A stretch of 63,153 nt of DNA, the filler included, from Stramenopiles sp. TOSAG23-6 (lineage: Eukaryota): the NCBI GenBank assembly GCA_900128565.1. It is 48 parts of 48 records of this genome, joined end to end, with 100 filler letters (N's around TTAATTAATTAA, not from the genome) between each part and the next. Parts side by side here need not be neighbours in the genome. Positions count along the whole stretch, not along the records: positions 23,901 to 25,122 come from LT639453.1; positions 25,223 to 26,443 come from LT639454.1; positions 26,544 to 27,763 come from LT639455.1; positions 27,864 to 29,082 come from LT639456.1; positions 29,183 to 30,401 come from LT639457.1; positions 30,502 to 31,718 come from LT639458.1; positions 31,819 to 33,034 come from LT639459.1; positions 33,135 to 34,349 come from LT639460.1; 40 more parts are not named here. One strand, written 5' to 3'. Of this stretch, positions 23,901 through 35,763 are shown one piece after another. The notes below the pieces were generated by a model. That model was not told where the DNA came from. It did not search any database and saw only the letters and a list, made by a program, of their open reading frames with translations. Position 1 is the first letter of the stretch. Each line of letters starts with the position of its first letter. The position numbers and the translations under genes were made by a program.

Positions 23901-24989
23901 CTGAAAAAATCTGTACGTTTTTTTTTTAAACCCTAACCCTAACTAAAAATACTAAAAATACTAAAAATACTAAAAATGTATATTTGTATGAACAGTGTAA
24001 AAAAATTAAATATTCAACATTTTTTTTTTTTTTTGAAATATTTTTTTTTCGTATACATCTTCATGGTTTTTCGATGGGTTGTATGATGTCACAGAGAATG
24101 GCAATGGAACATTCAAATATTATTGCTGGGTTTTCGTGTCATGGGGGAAGTTTAAACTGCATCCCATCTGATATTGCAGCAGGGAAAACCACTTTTAAGA
24201 TTGATTTAATGCCAGCTTTAGTGACAATTGGAAGTAATGATTCAAATTGGATAACTGGAGCAAAGGCAGGTGTATGTTTTTTTTTTTTCAAAAAAAAAAT
24301 TTCAAAATTTTTTTTCGTACGAAATTTTGTACCTAACAATTTTTTTTTTTTTGTAAAAAATATTTCTGTACAATATATATTCAAGCATGGAAAACATGGA
24401 ATTCGTGTACAACAAGTTCATCAACCTCACTAACTTTGACAGGGACAGAAAACACTTCAGCTACAAAGACAACGTATTCTTCATGTGCAGCTTACACACC
24501 TGCACTAAAAGTATGTTTTTCATCATGAATTTCTAATATTTTTTGTTCTTTTTGTCATTATGAATTTCAAAAAAAAAAAAAAAAAAAATTTATACAAAAT
24601 TTTGTATCTAACAAAAACAAATGTAAGAAAAAAAATTCAAAATATTTTTGATACTACATGTGGAACTGATTGAAATTGCAAACGCTGGTCATACAACAGA
24701 TGATCGAATGGCTACATTAAGTTGGAATTTTTTAAAAGTTTACGTATTTTTTTACAGTTACACTCTTTTTTATTTTTTTTATTTTTATGAATTTGTAATT
24801 TTGTACTGAAAAAAAAAAAAAGAACCCTAACCCTAATTGTACAGTTTTAAATATTTTTTAATCGTACAGAGTCGAACAGGAGCTTTAACAAATCTACCTG
24901 CAGCTTCAAAAATGACAAATGTATCATCTATGGCTGTGGTATCGACGCATTTGTTTGTATATTGCATATTTTTCATTGTTTTTTATTAA
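23901..24989 (+). CDS. Alpha/beta-hydrolase esterase (PHB-depolymerase/LpqC-like), 5 exons, hydrophobic C-terminal tail
   Basis: EKIY|LHGFSMG nucleophile elbow, W...N.C, IANAGH, WNFL; introns 23913-24056, 24272-24378, 24511-24659, 24744-24869. Confidence 0.8.
23913..24056 (+). other. GT...AC intron, 144 nt
   Basis: ATC T|GTACG...TTCGTATAC|AT CTT CAT gives KIYLHGFSMG; the AT two bases downstream breaks the frame. Confidence 0.7.
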
Positions 24990-25352
24990 TTTTTTAAATA
25001 CAATTTGAAATAAAAAAAATAAAAACATTAAAAAAAAATTGAAATTTTATTTATTTATTTTTTTTTTGTTTTTTTATTTTTTTGTTTAGGTACAAATTTT
25101 ACTATGAAAAAAAAAATTGTTTNNNNNNNNNNNNNNNNNNNNNNNNNNNNNNNNNNNNNNNNNNNNTTAATTAATTAANNNNNNNNNNNNNNNNNNNNNN
25201 NNNNNNNNNNNNNNNNNNNNNNTTTTTCGTACGAAATTTTGTACCTAACAAAATATTTTTTTTTTTTTTTTGGAAAAATTTTTCTTAGGTTTAGGTAAAA
25301 AATTTTTTTACCAAAAAAAAAAAAAAAAAAAAAATATTTTTTCACAATATAT

Positions 25353-26296
25353 GTTTGGATAGATGAAAAGCAATACCTGATTCCATTGATGAGTCTCCTT
25401 GGTTGTGGACGGAATAAGCAAACCAGTAGAAATCTACATTACCAAAATGAAAATTCAAATCAAACTAATCAGGGAAATAATTACATTACTGTAACATCTG
25501 TACGTTTTTTTTTTTTTTTTTTCGTACGAAATTTTGTACCTAACATTTTTTTGAATTTTTTTCTAAAAATATTTTTTTTTTCGTACGAAATTTTGTACCT
25601 AACATTTTTTTTGAATTTTTTTCTAAAAATATTTTTACAAAATACATGATGGCTCGATTATCGCAAAAGCTACAAAACAATATCTGAAAGGAGAGAGACT
25701 TAATATTGGATGTTATTGGCCCGCAAATGATCTCTTTTTACACACAGGATTTGTGGAACCAATGATGATGAAGTATGATATAATGACTAGTCAAACAGAA
25801 AATATTCAATTACATTCAGAAGTGCAAAGACAAATGATGTACGTTTTATTTTTTTTTCAAATTTATATTTTTTTTCGTACGAAATTTCGTACCTAACAAA
25901 AAAAAAAAAAAAAATTTGAAATATTTTTTTACAAAACATGAATGATTGTGTTAATGTTGAAATAAAATTATCAAATATTGAAAACATTGGAGGAAAAAAA
26001 TATAAGAAAAAAAAACGCCAATTGAAGTCAGTAGGTATTGACTATGTACGTTTTATTTTTTTTATTTTTTAAAAATTGAATTTTTTTTTCGTACGAAATT
26101 TCGTACCTAACAAAAATTAAATTTTTTTTTGAAATATTTTTCCATAATCCATGTACAAGATATATTCTGTCTCTCATCTGCAAGTCGCCCAGGTGGCGTC
26201 GCGGGTCATTCAACACAAGAGCTTTGGTCATTTCTTCGAATATTATATGATCTAAAGGACGAAGATGTCTTTGCGCCTCGGAGTACTCTTGCTCAT
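25353..26296 (+). CDS. SET-domain lysine methyltransferase (Rubisco-LSMT/SETD3-like), 4 exons
   Basis: LIPLM, AKATKQYLKGERLNIG...DLFLHTGFV, NDCVNVEI, ELWSFLRI after removing three GT-AT introns (25500-25647, 25839-25939, 26046-26152). Confidence 0.6.
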
Positions 26297-27096
26297 GTAT
26301 GTTTAATTTATTTTTTTTTATTTTTTTTTTTTTTACCGGAAAAAAAAAAAAAAAAAAAAAAAAAATGAATTTTTTTTTTTTTGTTTTTTTAAAAATTTTT
26401 TTCCCAAAAAAATTTTTTTTTTTGTAAATTTTTAAAATTTTTTNNNNNNNNNNNNNNNNNNNNNNNNNNNNNNNNNNNNNNNNNNNNTTAATTAATTAAN
26501 NNNNNNNNNNNNNNNNNNNNNNNNNNNNNNNNNNNNNNNNNNNGTGTAAACCACATCCAGGTGACAAAGATGACGAAGAATTTGGTTCTATAGAAAACGT
26601 TGCAGGAGTGTGCATCTTTCCTGACCATATATATGTGGACGACTCTACCATTTTAGATAAATATATTTCTTAATTGATGATTCAGAATTTTCTAAAATGC
26701 CCAATCAAATTTAGAAAGACACACACTTTGTTAAAAAGTAAAAATTCTAAGTTAGCGTAGTTAGCGTTAGAGAGAGAGAGTCAGCTCAGCAAGCCACTTT
26801 GCAAAATTTTTTGGCGGAGACATCAACATCAACTTTTTCCACTTTTTTCGTTTCGAGTCAAAACAAAAAATTCTTGCAGAATCTGAAAAAAAAATCTTTT
26901 CTTCATTTTTGAAGTCTTAACTCTTGAAATTACGAATATTAATCAATATTAATTACTTCTGTTTCTAACACTCTCACTTATAATACTCTGGTATTATCAC
27001 TACTACTACTACTACTACTACTACTACATTAGAATCCTATTATCTTCAGTGTTAATATTAGGTCTTGGTACAAAGACGTTGTAAGAGAACACAACA

Positions 27097-27763
27097 ATGC
27101 AGATTACTGTTCGCACACTTTCAGGCCGGTCTATCGTAGTAGATGGTTTATCAAACTCCGCAACTGTATTAAATCTAAAGCAATATATACAGGAACACAA
27201 TGGAATAGACATTTCGCGCCAAAAACTTATTTTCGCCGGACGAGCTATGGAAGATACAGAAACATTGGTAGGAAATCAAATACAGCATCAAACATCCGTT
27301 ATGCTTGTCAATACTCCCGCACCTCAAGAAGCGAAGGTTACACATGTAGCTGGAAGAGGTGCTGGTAGTATAGGAATGACTATATATGTGCGATTACTTA
27401 CAGGTACAATTATCACTACAAATGGTATTTTCCCTACAGATACAATATTAACATTGAAACAAAAAATTGCAACAAATGAAAACATACCAGTTTCGGAGCA
27501 AAAACTCATTCATTCAGGTAGAGCTCTCGGAAATATAGAAACAATGGAACAAATAGGCGTTACAAGTGGAGCTTCACTGATGTTAGTTCAACAGCAAGCT
27601 TTGTCAAACCCCAATGCTGGTCAGCCACCACCACCTCCTGGGCCTCCTCCTTCTAGCTCCATTCCAAACAATAATATTAGTCAAATAGGCAATGCTGCAG
27701 TTGCCATGCCTTCTCGTCGTGATAATTCTGCAGGAATCAGATCGGTGCCATTAAATGTCCGAA
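27097..27763 (+). CDS. Protein with two tandem ubiquitin-like domains and a Pro-rich region, partial
   Basis: MQITVRTLSG...QKLIFAGR and MTIYVRLLTG...QKLIHSGR. Confidence 0.85.
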
Positions 27764-27866
27764 NNNNNNNNNNNNNNNNNNNNNNNNNNNNNNNNNNNNN
27801 NNNNNNNTTAATTAATTAANNNNNNNNNNNNNNNNNNNNNNNNNNNNNNNNNNNNNNNNNNNNTTT

Positions 27867-27910
<44 letters not shown>

Positions 27911-27918
27911 CAATACAG

Positions 27919-29013
27919 GAAGCATTTACAACACGAATATTAGCTGAATTTGATTTTTTTCTAGACTCTTACGCACACGAAATCGGAGTTTTATTAATTG
28001 AACCTCAATTTGGTTCTATAATAGCTGCCATGCCTTGGGATCCAAAATTACTTTATGAGTATATATGTTTTATTTTTTTTTTCAAATTCCAATTTTTTTT
28101 TTTATAAAAATTTTGTACCTAACTAACAATTTTAGATTTTTTTTTTTTGAAATATTTTTCCAAAATATATATTTACAGAGCACAAGAACGAGGAATTTTC
28201 GTGTGTGCTGATGAAGTGATGTGTGGATTAGGACGTCATGGAAAATTAGACAATTTGTTTTTGAGTGGTTGTACATTTTCATTATGACTATATGAATGTA
28301 AGGTTTTTTTTTTATACAAAATTTTGTACCTAAGAAATTTTAATTTTTTTTTTAAAATCTTTTTTCAAAGTACATGTCTTGATATACCACCAGTCGATGC
28401 TGTAACATTTGGAAAATCAATAGGTAATTTTTTTTTTTTTTAATTTTTTTTTTTAATTTTTTTTTTTTGGTTTTCATACGAAATTTTCATAGAAAACAAT
28501 TTTTTATATTTGGAATATATTTTTATATTGTAGGTGGTGGTGTATTTCCAATATCAGGAGCAATTCTAAGACAAGGTGCCTCAGAACTTGGCTCACATGG
28601 ACAATCTGTTTTGCAATCTCATACATGAATGTTTTACTTTTTTTCAATTTATAATTTATTTTTTTTGAAAATTTTGTACCTAAGAAATTTTTGAATTTTT
28701 TTTTTTAAATATTTTCCAAAAATACATATTGTGGCAGTTCTGAATTGGCTATTTTAGCAGCAACATCAACTCTTACAATGATTAAACAATGGCAACCTCA
28801 TATCCAAAATATATCAAAAATTCTTGAAAATATTTTTAATGATATTTCAAATGAAACAAATGATACAATTCTCATTCATGGTCAAGGTTTGATGTGGGGT
28901 GGAATTTTTCAACATTCTGATAAAGAGTTAAGAAATGAAGCAAAGATGATTTTACAAAAAAAATGTGAAGAACAAGGTGTTTTGCCTTATTTTGTACCAG
29001 TTGGAGGATTCAT
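27919..29013 (+). CDS. Class-III PLP-dependent aminotransferase, 5 exons (27919-28062, 28171-28270, 28376-28423, 28534-28626, 28728-29013)
   Basis: LLIEPQ, ADEVMCGLGRHG, DAVTFGKSIGGG.FP.SG, SHTYCG and GQGLMWG all fall in one frame after splicing. Confidence 0.9.
28063..28170 (+). other. AT...AT intron, 108 nt
   Basis: TAT|ATATGTTTT...AAAATATAT|ATT; family core present; joins LLYEY to IYRAQERG. Confidence 0.7.
28627..28727 (+). other. GA...AT intron, 101 nt
   Basis: ACA T|GAATGTTTT...AAAATACAT|AT TGT restores HTY; a +1 shift gives HTC and a +2 shift gives a stop. Confidence 0.8.
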
Positions 29014-29182
29014 GTATGTTTTATTTATTTATTTTTTTTTTCAATTTCGAATTTATTTTTTTCGTACGAAATTTTGTACCTANNNNNNNNNNNNNNNNNN
29101 NNNNNNNNNNNNNNNNNNNNNNNNNNTTAATTAATTAANNNNNNNNNNNNNNNNNNNNNNNNNNNNNNNNNNNNNNNNNNNN

Positions 29183-29970
29183 GCTGCTGTCGGAGCTGCA
29201 GTTGGTGATGGTGTTGTTGATGGTGTTGGTGATGTAGTTGGCGATGCAGTTGGCGATGCAGTTGGTGTTGCTGTTGGAGCTGCTGTCGGAGCTGCAGTTG
29301 GAGCTGCTGTTGGTGATGCAGTTGGTGATGGTGTTGTTGATGGTGTTGGTGATGCTGTTGGAGCTGCTGTCGGAGCTGCAGTCGGAGCTGCTGTTGGGGT
29401 GATGGTGTTGTTGATGCTGTCGGAGCTGCAGTCGGAGCTGCAGTTGGAGCTGCAGTTGGTGTTGCTGTCGGAGCTGCTGTTGGAGCTGCTGTTGGAGCTG
29501 CTGTTGGAGCTGCTGTTGGAGCTTCTGGTGTTCGTTTGTTCGGAACTTTTATATAACCTTCAATCTGACTGGTGAGATTTCTTAGAGCATAATCGAGCAT
29601 TTGCGTAAAAGCATCGTGTGTCATCGTTGGTTGTGTGTCTTCTGTGGTAATTTCTGCTGTAAATGTATGCCATCCGTCCTCACATTTGATATAGGAATAA
29701 TCCGTCACAGTTGAGTCCGTTGAACTCGTCACAGTTGAGTCCGTTGAACTTTGCGTTGCAGTTAATGCACTAATGATAGCTTTTATCCATTTGATTTCTA
29801 CTTTAGATTCTGGATCGCATTCTGCTGCTTCAAGACTTCGTCCACGCCGAGTGACTGATCTCTTCATTTTAAAGTCTTGATATTCTATCATTGGAGCTGC
29901 TGTTGGAGCTGCTGTAGCTGCAGTTGTAGCTTCAATCGTAGCTGGTGTCGGAGCTGGTGTCGGTTTATTC
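29183..29970 (-). CDS. Mucin-like Pro/Thr/Ala repeat protein, fragment
   Basis: (PTAA)n 12-bp repeats around a small Cys-containing domain; frame slip near 29400. Confidence 0.65.
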
Positions 29971-30401
29971 AATAATCTCTACAATATGTCAATCTATTTG
30001 AGATAAATAAACATTTTTATCATGCACAAGCAAATACTTTTTACATTTTAATAAAATCAAAAATACAGACAATAATCTGTACAATACGTCAATAGTATTT
30101 GAAATAAATAAAAAAATTATAATTTAAAAGTAAACATCATTCATCTTTTGAATAAAAACAAAAATACGGTGCTCAATAATCTGTACAATATGTCAATAGT
30201 ATTTGAAATAAATAAACAATTTTATCATCTAAAAGCAAACATCATTCATCCTTTGAATAAAAACAAAAATACGCCCAATAATCTCTACAATATGTCAGTA
30301 GTATTTGAAATAAATAAACATCTTCACCATGTAAAAGCAAACATCATTCATCTTTTGAATAAAAACAAAAATACGCCCAATAATCTGTACAATATGTCAA
30401 T
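29969..30401. repeat. 102-bp AT-rich tandem satellite, about 4 units
   Basis: Recurring AATAATCTGTACAATATGTCAATAGTATTTGAAATAAATAAAC...; same unit as 34450-35663. Confidence 0.92.
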
Positions 30402-30649
30402 NNNNNNNNNNNNNNNNNNNNNNNNNNNNNNNNNNNNNNNNNNNNTTAATTAATTAANNNNNNNNNNNNNNNNNNNNNNNNNNNNNNNNNNNNNNNNNNN
30501 NGAATACAAATAGTAATAGCAAGCAACGAAAAACGACAGGACTTGTTTTTCCCTTTTTCGATCACTCAACCGAATATCATCAAACTTCCCACAATCCTAA
30601 CAATGCGACGGGTAATAGCAAATATAATGAATCGTATAATCCATCTTCA

Positions 30650-31650
30650 ATGAGTCAGGGTAACTTTCATCGTATCATTGCTGAGAAAGAAAAGGAGCTA
30701 CACGATATTAATGAATACAGAATCAATGTTTGTTTTATTTTTTTTCAACTTCGATTTTGTTTTCGTACGAAATTTTGTACCTAACGATTTTTTTTTCAAA
30801 TATTTTNNNNNNNNNNNNNNNNNNNNNNNNNNNNNNNTCAATATAACTTATCCCTAATTCATGATAGAGATTCCGATTTGGAACGTTATGAATTAGCATT
30901 TGATAATTTCCAAAAAGCTTTAGGTGACAAAGATTTAGAAATATCAGAATTTAGGGAAAATATCTCATCTACAAAACAAAGTTTAGTAGCTCTTCAGGTA
31001 AAAAATAAAGAAATGGATGAATATTACAAGAATTCAATGAAAGTACTCACTAAAGAGCTTGAAGATACGCGTTTTTCTGCCCAGCAGCACAGCAGGAGAC
31101 TTCACGATGATTACGTTTGTTTTCATTATGAATTTCACCTAAAAAAATTTTTTCGTACTAAATTTTGTACCTAACGATACAATTAAATGAGAAAGAAAAA
31201 ATGCTCGAAGACCAATCTCGAAAATTAGCTCGTAATTTTGATGATCAAGTTCTATTAAAAGAAGACAAACATTCAGCTCAATTAAATAAATTACAACAAA
31301 AATATGATAAAATATTTGAAGAGAATAGGCAGCTTCAAAATAAGCTTGAGAGTATGTTGGATGTGGCAAAAAAAAGAGATACCCTTTTGACTTCTATAAA
31401 ATCTGAGAAAGATGAGTCTATTCAATGTATACAAGTTCTAGAGCGTGATATAAAACATATTCGAAAAACTAAAGAAGATCATTTAAATAATGCTCGTAAA
31501 GAGATTGTTGAGCTGGAAGAAAAAAATAAAAATATGATAGAAAAACACCACAAAGAATTGATGACGCTTAAATTGGAATTATCAAGTTTTGAGCAGTCAA
31601 ATAATATCCATCAACAAGAAAAAACTTTACTGATTCAAAGAATGGAAAAT
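30650..31650 (+). CDS. CCDC57: Coiled-coil protein, CCDC57-like, N-terminal exons
   Basis: IIAEKEKEL and QYNLSLIHDRDSDLERYE resemble CCDC57 YNLQVLEERDLELERYD. Confidence 0.65.
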
Positions 31651-31936
31651 GTATGTTTTATGTTTTTTCAAATTCGAATTTTTTTTTCGTACGAAATTTT
31701 GTACCTAACGAATTTTTTNNNNNNNNNNNNNNNNNNNNNNNNNNNNNNNNNNNNNNNNNNNNTTAATTAATTAANNNNNNNNNNNNNNNNNNNNNNNNNN
31801 NNNNNNNNNNNNNNNNNNAAAAAAAAAAGTTCAAAAAAAAAAACGAAGAAAAGAGGCGCATTCGTTCCTTGCTATAAATTTTCTATATCGGATTCTGATT
31901 GCTCCCACGTTTGTTTCTACTTACTCAATACCAACA

Positions 31937-32620
31937 ATGAGATTCCATATGTGTTCTTACGTGCTTCTATTGGTTATAATTTCGCTTCCAAGAAGATCTG
32001 CAGTCTCTATTGTTAAGATTCAAGCTGATTTGGATACAGGAAACGGACAATGGTTACCAGCCACTACATTTTTTGCTCCTGGAGACATCAGATGAATCTT
32101 TCGATAATACAATACTGCAAGAAACTTCAGAAGCTGAAACGTTACATGAAACTCCAAGAGCCAGGCCAAGAACCTCAAATGCTGCACAAATTGAGGCACA
32201 AATCCAAGCAAATGACTTAGGAAAAAAAGGTTTTGCAGAGTCACAAGTTCCAGAAGCCGGTATTATTGACCCAACACATTATAACCAAGGAACATTCAGA
32301 GAAGAACAACAGTGGATGAAAAATGATAGTCGTATCAGACAAATGAATCTATCAGATTTGGAAGACCTATGCCTCAGCAGCAATTTCGATTTTTCAGCCC
32401 ACAACAACAACAAATAAACTCTCAACAGCAACAGCAGCAAATGATGCTACAGAATCAAATGATGATGTTACAACAACAACGTATGATGATGCAGCAACAA
32501 AACGAAAATGCACAACAACAACCAATTATGAATTATCCTGTTATGCAACAACAACAACAACAGCGAATACAACAACAGCCACAATCAACTATGATGGGAT
32601 TTTATGGTAGAAATTTGTAA
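31937..32620 (+). CDS. Possible secreted protein with a Gln/Met-rich tail and two apparent frameshifts
   Basis: Signal-like start, three overlapping open frames, poly-Q end. Confidence 0.35.
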
Positions 32621-33134
32621 AACAATATAAAAAAAAAATGTAACAAAAAATTAAGCTCACTAGAGTGGACCAAANNNNNNNNNNNNNNNNNNNNNNNNNN
32701 NNNNNNNNNNNNNNNNNNNNNNNNNNNNNNNNNNNNNNNNCAAATGTTAAATCTTATTTTTAAAAACAAATAAGCTCATTCCTAGGCCGAGTAGCAAATG
32801 TTAAATCTTATTTTTAAAAACAAATAGGCTCATTCCTAGGCCGAGTAGCAAATGCTTTACACTCAAATTTGTGTTTTTTTTTCCAATGTTTTTTTTGGCA
32901 CTTTTCCGAACAATAACGAACAGACATGCATCTTGAACACTCACTCAATTTAACTTTTTTTCCCTTACTTTTAAACGATTTTGTTACTCCACATTGAGCA
33001 AATTTTCTACAGTGAGCACAGTTTTGTATAATAGNNNNNNNNNNNNNNNNNNNNNNNNNNNNNNNNNNNNNNNNNNNNTTAATTAATTAANNNNNNNNNN
33101 NNNNNNNNNNNNNNNNNNNNNNNNNNNNNNNNNN

Positions 33135-33189
<55 letters not shown>

Positions 33190-33242
33190 CCGAAAAAACC
33201 AAAAAAAAAAAAAAAGACCCGATAGTTTTCATAAACTCCAAA

Positions 33243-34291
33243 ATGGAAAAAAAATATGTTTTGGTCTTTGTCATATCAGTGCAAAAAATGTACCCTTTTT
33301 ACTCTTTTGTAGTAATTTAGTGAGTGCTTTAGCAGCTGGTATGACTGTTAAATTTTTTCCAGTTTTTTTTAAAATTGAAGTCGGACTATCGCCAGTTTGT
33401 TTTCAATTTTGAATTTATTTATTTTTGAATTTTTTTTTTTCGTACGAAATTTTGTACCTAACATTTTTTTTTAAATAATTTTTTTTCACTAGTACAGGTT
33501 TGTGTCATGGCTGTATATGTCATAACGCCTATTTGTATGGCTATTTCAATATATGTGTCAAAAAGTATAGCAATTAACTACGGATTTGGACGTGTAGAGA
33601 CAGTTCAAGTGCAACGGTTTTTGGGTATGTATGTTTTTCAAAAAAAATTTCAAAATTTAAATTTTCAAAATTTTTTTTTAAAATTTTTTCTATATTTTTT
33701 CAAAAAAAAAAAATTTAAATTTTTTTTTTTTTTTAATTTATTTTTTTTTTTTTTTTTTTTTTTGTAGTATCTCTTCACTTCCCCTCCCTATTCTTCCTAT
33801 CCTCATAACAAAGAAAATGAAATTTGGAAAATATATTTTTTTAATACATTTTATTTCTAATTATTTTGGCTATTTTTAAGTCCTTATGGAAGCATAAAAT
33901 TATCTGTGTTTTTGTATACATTTTTCGTACCATTTTTACATCATCTGGATGGCCATTAATCAATTCAGTAATGAATGATTATACAAGAAAAGGAACACGT
34001 GCCAAGTATGTTTTATATATATTTGTATTTTCATACGAAATTTCAAAACGAATCAAAATAATATTGAATTTCAAAACGAAACAAAAAAAAATTTAAAAAA
34101 AATTTAAAAAAAAAAATGTGTGATTTTTTTTTTTTTTTAATTTTTTTTTTTCATACCTAATGATATTTTGTACTAAGCATTTCGAAACTGTACATATTGT
34201 ACCAAAATACATATGGAATTCGTTACAATCTATCGCTGGATTTGGCTGGTCAGGTTCAGCAGCTCTAGGAGGGATTTTAATACACAAATAT
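33243..34291 (+). CDS. Major facilitator superfamily transporter, internal exons
   Basis: LAAGMTVKFFPVFF, GRV, YIFRT...PL..SVMNDY...TRAK|WNSLQSI..FGWSGSAALGG; introns 33395-33497 (AG), 33629-33849 (AT), 34006-34212 (AT). Confidence 0.8.
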
Positions 34292-34449
34292 GTCTGTTTT
34301 ATTTTTTTTCAATTTCGAATTTATTTTTTTATAAAAATTTTGTACCTAANNNNNNNNNNNNNNNNNNNNNNNNNNNNNNNNNNNNNNNNNNNNTTAATTA
34401 ATTAANNNNNNNNNNNNNNNNNNNNNNNNNNNNNNNNNNNNNNNNNNNN

Positions 34450-35663
34450 TTTTATCATTCTAAAGCAAACATCATTCATTGTTTGAATAAAAACAAAAAT
34501 ACCATCAATAATCTGTACAATATGTCAACAGTATTTGAAATAAATAAACATTTTAATCATGTAAAAGCAAACATCATTCAACTTTTCAATAAAATTAAAA
34601 ATACCGACAATAATTTGTACAATATGTCAAAAGCATTTGAAATAAATAAACATTTTTATCATGTAAAAGCAAAAATCATTCATTGTTTGAATAAAAACAA
34701 AAATACCATCAATAATCTATACAATATGTCAATAGAATTTAAAATAAAAAAACCTTTTTATCATGTAAAAGCAAACATCATTCATCTTTTGAATAAAAAC
34801 AAAAATACGCAGAAGAATCTATGCAATATGTCAATAGCATTTAAAATAAATATACATTTTTATCATGTAAAACCAAATATCATTCATTTGTTGAATAAAA
34901 ACAAAAATACTTTAAATAATCTGTACAATATTTCAAGAGCATTTGAAATAAATACACATTTTTATCATTCTAAAGCAAACATCATTCGTCTTTTGAATAA
35001 AAACAAAAATACAAACAATAATCTGTTCAATATGTCAATAGTATTTGAAATAAATAAATATATTATCATGTAAAAGTAACTATCATTCATTGTTTGAATA
35101 AAAACAAAAATACTTTAAATAATCTGTACAATATTTCAATAGTATTTGAAATAAATAAACATTTTTATCATGTAAAACTAAACATCATTCATCTTTTGAA
35201 TAAAAACAAAAATATTGTCAATAATCTGTACAATATGACAATAGTATTAACAATAAATAAACATTTTTATCATGTAAAAGCAAACATCATTCGTCTTTTG
35301 AATAAAAACAAAAATACATTCAATAATCTGTACAATATGGCAAGAGTATTTGAAATATATAAACATTTTTATCATTCTAAAGCAAACATCATTCATCTTT
35401 TGAATAAAAAAAAAATACTGCCAATAATCTGTACAATATGTCAAGAGCATTTGAAATAAATACACATTTTTATCATTCTAACGCAAAGATGATTCATATT
35501 TTGAATAAAAACAAAAATACTTCCAATAATCTGTACAATATGTCAATACAAATTGAAATAAATATATATTTTATCATGTAAAAGTAACTATCATTCATTG
35601 TTTGAATCAAAACAAAAATACTTCCAATAATCTGTACAATATGTCAATAGTATTTGAAATAAA
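34450..35663. repeat. 102-bp AT-rich tandem satellite, about 12 diverged units, filling the whole contig
   Basis: AATAAAAACAAAAATAC-like anchor at 34486, 34588, 34690 and onward. Confidence 0.95.
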
Positions 35664-35763
35664 NNNNNNNNNNNNNNNNNNNNNNNNNNNNNNNNNNNNN
35701 NNNNNNNTTAATTAATTAANNNNNNNNNNNNNNNNNNNNNNNNNNNNNNNNNNNNNNNNNNNN

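Noticed and set aside
28063-28170. Standard U12 (minor, AT-AC) introns
   Set aside because: Donors are GTAYGT, not RTATCCTT, and there is no TCCTTAAC close to the 3' end. Junction 34006-34212 argues against an AT...AC register. Only the distance-based acceptor choice is U12-like; U11/U12 snRNAs should still be checked.
27919-29013. Nucleosome-length periodicity of intron positions
   Set aside because: Donor spacings here (208, 153, 203, 387) and in other contigs are too few and too variable; it needs a genome-wide exon-length histogram.
34450-35663. Satellite as a 34-aa repeat protein
   Set aside because: The frame breaks near 35060, there is no TPR or ankyrin pattern, and open frames are expected from a 102-bp unit.
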